Assembly: GCA_963749075.1 (NCBI GenBank)
Contig: CAVVLJ010000016.1
Location: 1,216,001 to 1,280,000, forward strand
DNA: 64,000 nucleotides
Origin: an uncultured Pseudomonadota bacterium
Lineage (GTDB): Bacteria; Pseudomonadota; Alphaproteobacteria; JACZXZ01
Direction: 5' to 3'
In this document: positions 59,949-64,000 of the stretch, piece by piece
How the letters are laid out: every line of letters starts with the position of its first letter
How positions within the stretch are numbered: the stretch's first letter is position 1
Program-made: the position numbers and the translations under genes
The notes under the pieces: model-generated
Databases searched by the model: none
What the model was told of the DNA's origin: nothing
Seen by the model: the letters and a program-made list of their open reading frames with translations, nothing else

Positions 59949-61979
59949 ATGGACCCTGTCCTGACGCTCGGCGCCGCCGTCCGGGCGAGCCATTACGCGA
60001 GTGCCGTGCTGCTCTTCGGCAGCTTCGTCTTCGCGCTCGCCGTGGCCCGGCCCGCGCGCGCGGCCGTGCAGGGTACTGCCGGCGAATTCGCGGCGCTCGA
60101 CCGCGTTCTATTGCGGCTCGCCTGCATCGGCCTCGGCGTCGTCATCGCGAGCGCCCTTCTTTGGCTCTGGCTGCTCGCCGCCAGCATGAGCGGCCGCACG
60201 CTCGGAGCGGCGCTCGACCCCGCAATCCTGGCTCTCGTGCTGAGCGCCACGCGGTTCGGCACCGTATGGCTCGTCCGCATGGCCGCCGCCGCTGCCCTCG
60301 CGGCACTCCTCGGCTGGAGCTGGCGCCGCGGCGGGCGGATCGACGGCGGCCGGAGCGGCCTCCTCGCCGCGGCCCTCGCCGTCGTGATTCTCGCCGGCAT
60401 CGCCTGGGCCGGCCACGCCGCCGACGAGAGCGGGCTCGACCGGGCCATCCATCTCGGCGCCGACATGTTGCACCTCCTCGCCGCCGGGGCGTGGCTCGGA
60501 GCGCTGCCCGCGCTCGTCTTCGTGCTGCGGCGCGCGCGGCACCGCGAGGCACACGGCTGGCAGCGCATCGCGCGCGCCGCCACTCCGCGTTTCTCGAACA
60601 TCGGGGTCGCGAGCGTGACGGCGCTGCTGCTGAGCGGCCTGGTCAACGCCTGGTACCTTGTCGGAAGCATTCCCGCCCTGGTGGGCACGCCCTATGGCCA
60701 GATTCTCCTGGGCAAGCTCGCCTTGCTGACGGCGCTCATCGTCCTCGCCGCGATCAACCGGCAGAGCCTCACGCCGCGCTTCGTGGCCCGCGAGACCCCG
60801 CGCCACGCGAGGGAGCGGGCGCTCACGGCACTCGCGCGGAACGCGCTCATCGAGATCGTCCTCGGCCTTGCGGTGCTGACGCTCGTCGGCGCCCTTGTCG
60901 CGTCGACGCCGGCCGCGCACGAGCAGGTCGAATGGCCGTTCGCCTACCGCCCGGGCGTGAGCGGCCAGGCGCTCACCGCCCATGGCGAGACGATCCTCGC
61001 CCTCGCCGCCTTTCTCGGCCTCGCGGGCGCCGGAGCCATCGCGGCAGGCGTCCTCAGCCGCCTCTGGTGGCGCACGGCAACGGGGCTGATCCTCGCCGCC
61101 GCGGCGCTCGCCCTGGCCCTCCCCTATTTCGTCGTGACGGCCTATCCGACGAGCTTCTACCGCTCGCCCATCGCCTACGCCGCCGCCTCGATCGCGCGCG
61201 GCGAGACGGTCTACGAGAAGAATTGCGCGCTTTGCCACGGGCCCTACGGCTACGGCGGCGGGCCGGCGGGTGCAGCGCTCCCGGTGCGGCCGGCGGATCT
61301 CACGAGCGAGCATCTCTACCACGACCTGGGCACCCTCTTCTGGTGGATCGGCCACGGCATCGCCGGCAGCCTGATGCCCGGATTCGCGGACAAGCTCGAC
61401 GCGGACGCGCGCTGGGACGCGATCAACTTCCTCCGCGCCCAGGCCGATGCGGAGGAGGCGAGCGGGATGACGGCGAGCGTCGAGCCCTTCCGGCCGATCG
61501 CCGCACCCGACTTCGCCTTCCAGTACCCCGGCCGCGAGCAGGAGACCCTCAAGGGAGAGCGCGGCAAGGCGATCGTGCTGCTCGTCCTCTACAGCATGCC
61601 CGAGGATGGCGGGCGGCTCGAGGCGCTCGCCGCGGCCCGCCCGGCCTTCGAGCGCGACGGCGTGCGCATCATCGCACTGCCGATGACCGCCGCGGTGCCG
61701 CCGACGGCGAGTGCCGCCGCGGAAGCGGGCATCCTGGCCGACGCCAATGCGGCCGCGGTCGCCGCCTACGGGCTCTTCCGCCGCGTCGCCAGCGCCGAGG
61801 CGGTGCTGCCGATGCCGCGTCACATGGAGTTCCTCATCGACCGCGCCGGATATCTGCGCGCGCGCTGGATTCCCGGCGACGTGCCGGGTTGGCAGAGCTT
61901 GGCGCGGGTGCAGCAGGAGATCGCGGCCCTCGCGCGCGAGCCGCCCCGCGCGCCGGCGCCGGAAGGCCACGTCCATTGA
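59949..61979 (+). CDS. copD: CopD - cytochrome c - thioredoxin-like fusion
   Basis: GHAA, LHLLAAGAWLGAL, RFS, TPYG..L.GK; CALCH heme motif and MP; APDF..FLIDRAGYLRARW redoxin-like domain. Confidence 0.88.
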   Translation: MDPVLTLGAAVRASHYASAVLLFGSFVFALAVARPARAAVQGTAGEFAALDRVLLRLACIGLGVVIASALLWLWLLAASMSGRTLGAALDPAILALVLSATRFGTVWLVRMAAAAALAALLGWSWRRGGRIDGGRSGLLAAALAVVILAGIAWAGHAADESGLDRAIHLGADMLHLLAAGAWLGALPALVFVLRRARHREAHGWQRIARAATPRFSNIGVASVTALLLSGLVNAWYLVGSIPALVGTPYGQILLGKLALLTALIVLAAINRQSLTPRFVARETPRHARERALTALARNALIEIVLGLAVLTLVGALVASTPAAHEQVEWPFAYRPGVSGQALTAHGETILALAAFLGLAGAGAIAAGVLSRLWWRTATGLILAAAALALALPYFVVTAYPTSFYRSPIAYAAASIARGETVYEKNCALCHGPYGYGGGPAGAALPVRPADLTSEHLYHDLGTLFWWIGHGIAGSLMPGFADKLDADARWDAINFLRAQADAEEASGMTASVEPFRPIAAPDFAFQYPGREQETLKGERGKAIVLLVLYSMPEDGGRLEALAAARPAFERDGVRIIALPMTAAVPPTASAAAEAGILADANAAAVAAYGLFRRVASAEAVLPMPRHMEFLIDRAGYLRARWIPGDVPGWQSLARVQQEIAALAREPPRAPAPEGHVH

Positions 61980-62143
61980 GTGGGCCGCCCTCAATTCACC
62001 GTCGAGTCGTCCTCGCACCGGCCGCGCCAGCGTGCTAGCATGCGCACGGTCGCCGGTTGCGCTTGGCCGGAGGCCACTCCACATCTTTGGCGGACGGCGC
62101 GGCTTCGGCCGCGGCGCCGCAGACGGCCCGACGGATAGAGGCG

Positions 62144-62512
62144 ATGGCGATCAACCACCGGGTCAGGGGCACGGGCAGCGAGCCGGTCGAGATTTCGCCG
62201 GGCATCGGCGCGCGCGAGGCGGCGCGCGAGGCCGAACTCGAGCAGTGGGCCTGGCGGCGGGTCAAGTCGCTGCGCCTCTTCTATACCCATCTCTCGATCT
62301 TCGCGATCGTCAACATCCTTCTCCTGCTGATCGACGTCTCGACGCCGGGGGATCCGTGGTTCTATCAAGTGCTGCTGGGCTGGGGCCTCTTCGTCGGGCT
62401 GCATGCGGCCTATGCCTACGAGATGCTGCCGTGGACGAGCCGGGACTGGGAACAGCGCAAGGTTCAGGAGCTGATCGAGCAGCAGCGCGAGCGCCTGCGG
62501 CGCCGGCGATGA
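62144..62512 (+). CDS. 2TM domain membrane protein
   Basis: FYTHLSIF..VN..PWF...LGWG....HA..WEQRKVQE. Confidence 0.8.
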   Translation: MAINHRVRGTGSEPVEISPGIGAREAAREAELEQWAWRRVKSLRLFYTHLSIFAIVNILLLLIDVSTPGDPWFYQVLLGWGLFVGLHAAYAYEMLPWTSRDWEQRKVQELIEQQRERLRRRR

Positions 62513-62689
62513 GGCGGCCGTGCGGCCGCAGCGCGGGAGGCGGCCGGCGCGCGTCTCAATTTTGTCGCTTCCGCCATGCCGTGCAAAACGGCAAGTCTTT
62601 CGGCAACATGAAACGCTCGGTCGCCGCGGTGGCGGATGGCGGCGGCGAACGGGTCGCGAGGGAATGAGATGGCAAAGGGAAGCGATGAT

Positions 62690-63250
62690 ATGTTCAGGCG
62701 GAAAGATACCGGCGAGGATGGCGGCGCCAAGACGCCGCGCGAGGAGGCGAGCGCGCGCGGCACCCCCGGCGCAACACCGCAAGTGCGGCCGGAGGGCGGC
62801 GATGCGACGCTGGCCGGCGCCTATCGCCCGGCGCCGGCGGCCCGGCCGGGACCCGACGCCTATCGCCGGGTCATCGAGGTACCCGGCCCGCCGCGCCGCG
62901 AGGCAGCACTCGCGCCGACGGAGAGCAAGAAGCTCATCGTCGGCCGCGACATCTCGCTCAACGGCAAGATCTCCTCATGCGACCGCCTCATCGTCGAGGG
63001 CAGCGTCGAGGTCGAGCTGCAGGACTGCCACACCATCGAGATCGCCGAGAGCGGCAATTTCAAGGGTGCCGCCGAGATCGAGAGCGCCGAGGTCTCGGGC
63101 CACTACGAGGGCTCGCTCACGGTGCGCGAGAACCTCCTGATCCACAGCACCGGGCACGTGAGCGGCACCATCCGCTACGGCCGGCTGCAGATCGAGCAGG
63201 GCGGCGAGATCAACGGCGACGTGCGGAGCCTCGGCGTCAGGAGCGAGTAG
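62690..63250 (+). CDS. Bactofilin (polymer-forming cytoskeletal protein)
   Basis: LIVGRDISLNGKI..LIVEGSV..G.F.G..G.V.G.I.YG.L.IE.GG.I.G beta-helix pattern. Confidence 0.9.
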   Translation: MFRRKDTGEDGGAKTPREEASARGTPGATPQVRPEGGDATLAGAYRPAPAARPGPDAYRRVIEVPGPPRREAALAPTESKKLIVGRDISLNGKISSCDRLIVEGSVEVELQDCHTIEIAESGNFKGAAEIESAEVSGHYEGSLTVRENLLIHSTGHVSGTIRYGRLQIEQGGEINGDVRSLGVRSE

Positions 63251-63293
63251 CCGCGCGCCGCCAGTTGTTGCCTCGACCCATGGACGCAGGAGG

Positions 63294-63397
63294 CACCCCC
63301 CTCCCTACCCTCCCCCTCAAGGGGGGAGGGGAGTTATGAGTGGCTGGAAAAAGAGCTTCCCCCTCCCCCTCGAAGGGGGAGGGTTGGGGTGGGGGTG
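63294..63397. repeat. Inverted pair of REP-like palindromes, same family as 36615-36799
   Basis: CCCTACCCTCCCCCTCAAGGGGGGAGGGGA and TCCCCCTCCCCCTCGAAGGGGGAGGGTTGGGGTGGGGGTG with about 25-nt spacer. Confidence 0.85.
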
Positions 63398-63422
63398 ACG
63401 CTCGAATAGGCGAAAGCGGGCG

Positions 63423-64000
63423 CTAGCCGACCTTGGCCGCAGCCGCGGCTGGGGCGGTTTGTTTTGCCGCGGCCTCGCCGCCGGCCACGAGCTTGGCCTC
63501 GTCGATCGCGTCGATCTGCTCGGGCAGAAGGAAACGCTCGGCATAGCTGCGGTAGACCCCCGACTTGACGAGGAGGCGGAAGATATCGGGGTCGAGGTGG
63601 CGGTTGTCGCACATGGCGCGCATGATGCCGAGCGATTCGGAGAGCGTCTTGGGCTTCTTGTAGGGCCGGTCGGCAGCGGTGAGCGCCTCGAAGACGTTGG
63701 CCACGCCGATCATGCGCGCCGGGATCGACATCTGCTCGCGCTTCAGGCCCTTGGGATAGCCGGTTCCGTCCATCTTCTCGTGATGCCCGCCGGCGATCTC
63801 CGGCACGCGCCGCATGTATTTGGGGAAGGGCAGCGCCTCCAGCATCTGGATGGTCAGCACGATGTGGTCGTTGATGATCTTGCGGTCGGCATCGTTGAGC
63901 GTGCCGCGGCGGATGGAGAGGTTCTCGATCTCGTTGTCGTCGAGGAGCGGGCGCTCCTCGCCGTCGAGCCGCCAGCGGCGCTTGCCGATCTCCCGGATGC
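63423..64000 (-). CDS. HD-GYP domain protein, C-terminal part (5' end outside window)
   Basis: LSIRRGTL, INDHIV, HHEKMDGTGYP, FEALTAADRPYK, HLDPD. Confidence 0.9.
   Translation of the reverse strand, partial: IREIGKRRWRLDGEERPLLDDNEIENLSIRRGTLNDADRKIINDHIVLTIQMLEALPFPKYMRRVPEIAGGHHEKMDGTGYPKGLKREQMSIPARMIGVANVFEALTAADRPYKKPKTLSESLGIMRAMCDNRHLDPDIFRLLVKSGVYRSYAERFLLPEQIDAIDEAKLVAGGEAAAKQTAPAAAAAKVG

Noticed and set aside
1-64000. tRNA, rRNA, transposase, integrase, prophage or recognised defence genes; full CtrA boxes (TTAA-N7-TTAA)
   Set aside because: None recognised by eye; dedicated scans were not run

Overview
High-GC (about 70% by eye) bacterial chromosomal segment, most likely a Rhodospirillales-like alphaproteobacterium (mfd-sdhE/recG synteny, PraR-like XRE regulators, RHH_4 and PAS_5 proteins, alphaproteobacterial REP-like palindromes). 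About 55 protein genes; no rRNA, tRNA, CRISPR array, transposase or phage gene was recognised. All product calls come from motifs read by eye, not database searches. Main blocks: (1) a secreted glycine-zipper/SH3 protein plus a WD40 protein; (2) a 12 kb envelope-glycosylation cluster (three GT-C-like membrane proteins, two GT2s, epimerase, UDP-galactopyranose-mutase-like flavoprotein, radical SAM, DUF2064) with an embedded ModA-like/cytochrome b/molybdoenzyme module; (3) a 3.9 kb regulatory island (XRE, EamA, RHH-PAS fusion, GNAT-like protein with a hairpin-occluded SD, RHH, XRE), the best candidate for an undescribed small-molecule signalling system; (4) papain-like protease plus chagasin inhibitor; (5) c-di-GMP enzymes; (6) housekeeping genes mfd, sdhE, recG, cbpAM, thrC; (7) a FecR protein with a (PT)42 tract; (8) a copper operon led by a CxxC/RAPP DUF2946 peptide. 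Six clear and two possible single-base frameshifts occur; five are the same GAC>GAAC event in two sequence contexts, which looks like a methylation-linked long-read error rather than true pseudogenes.
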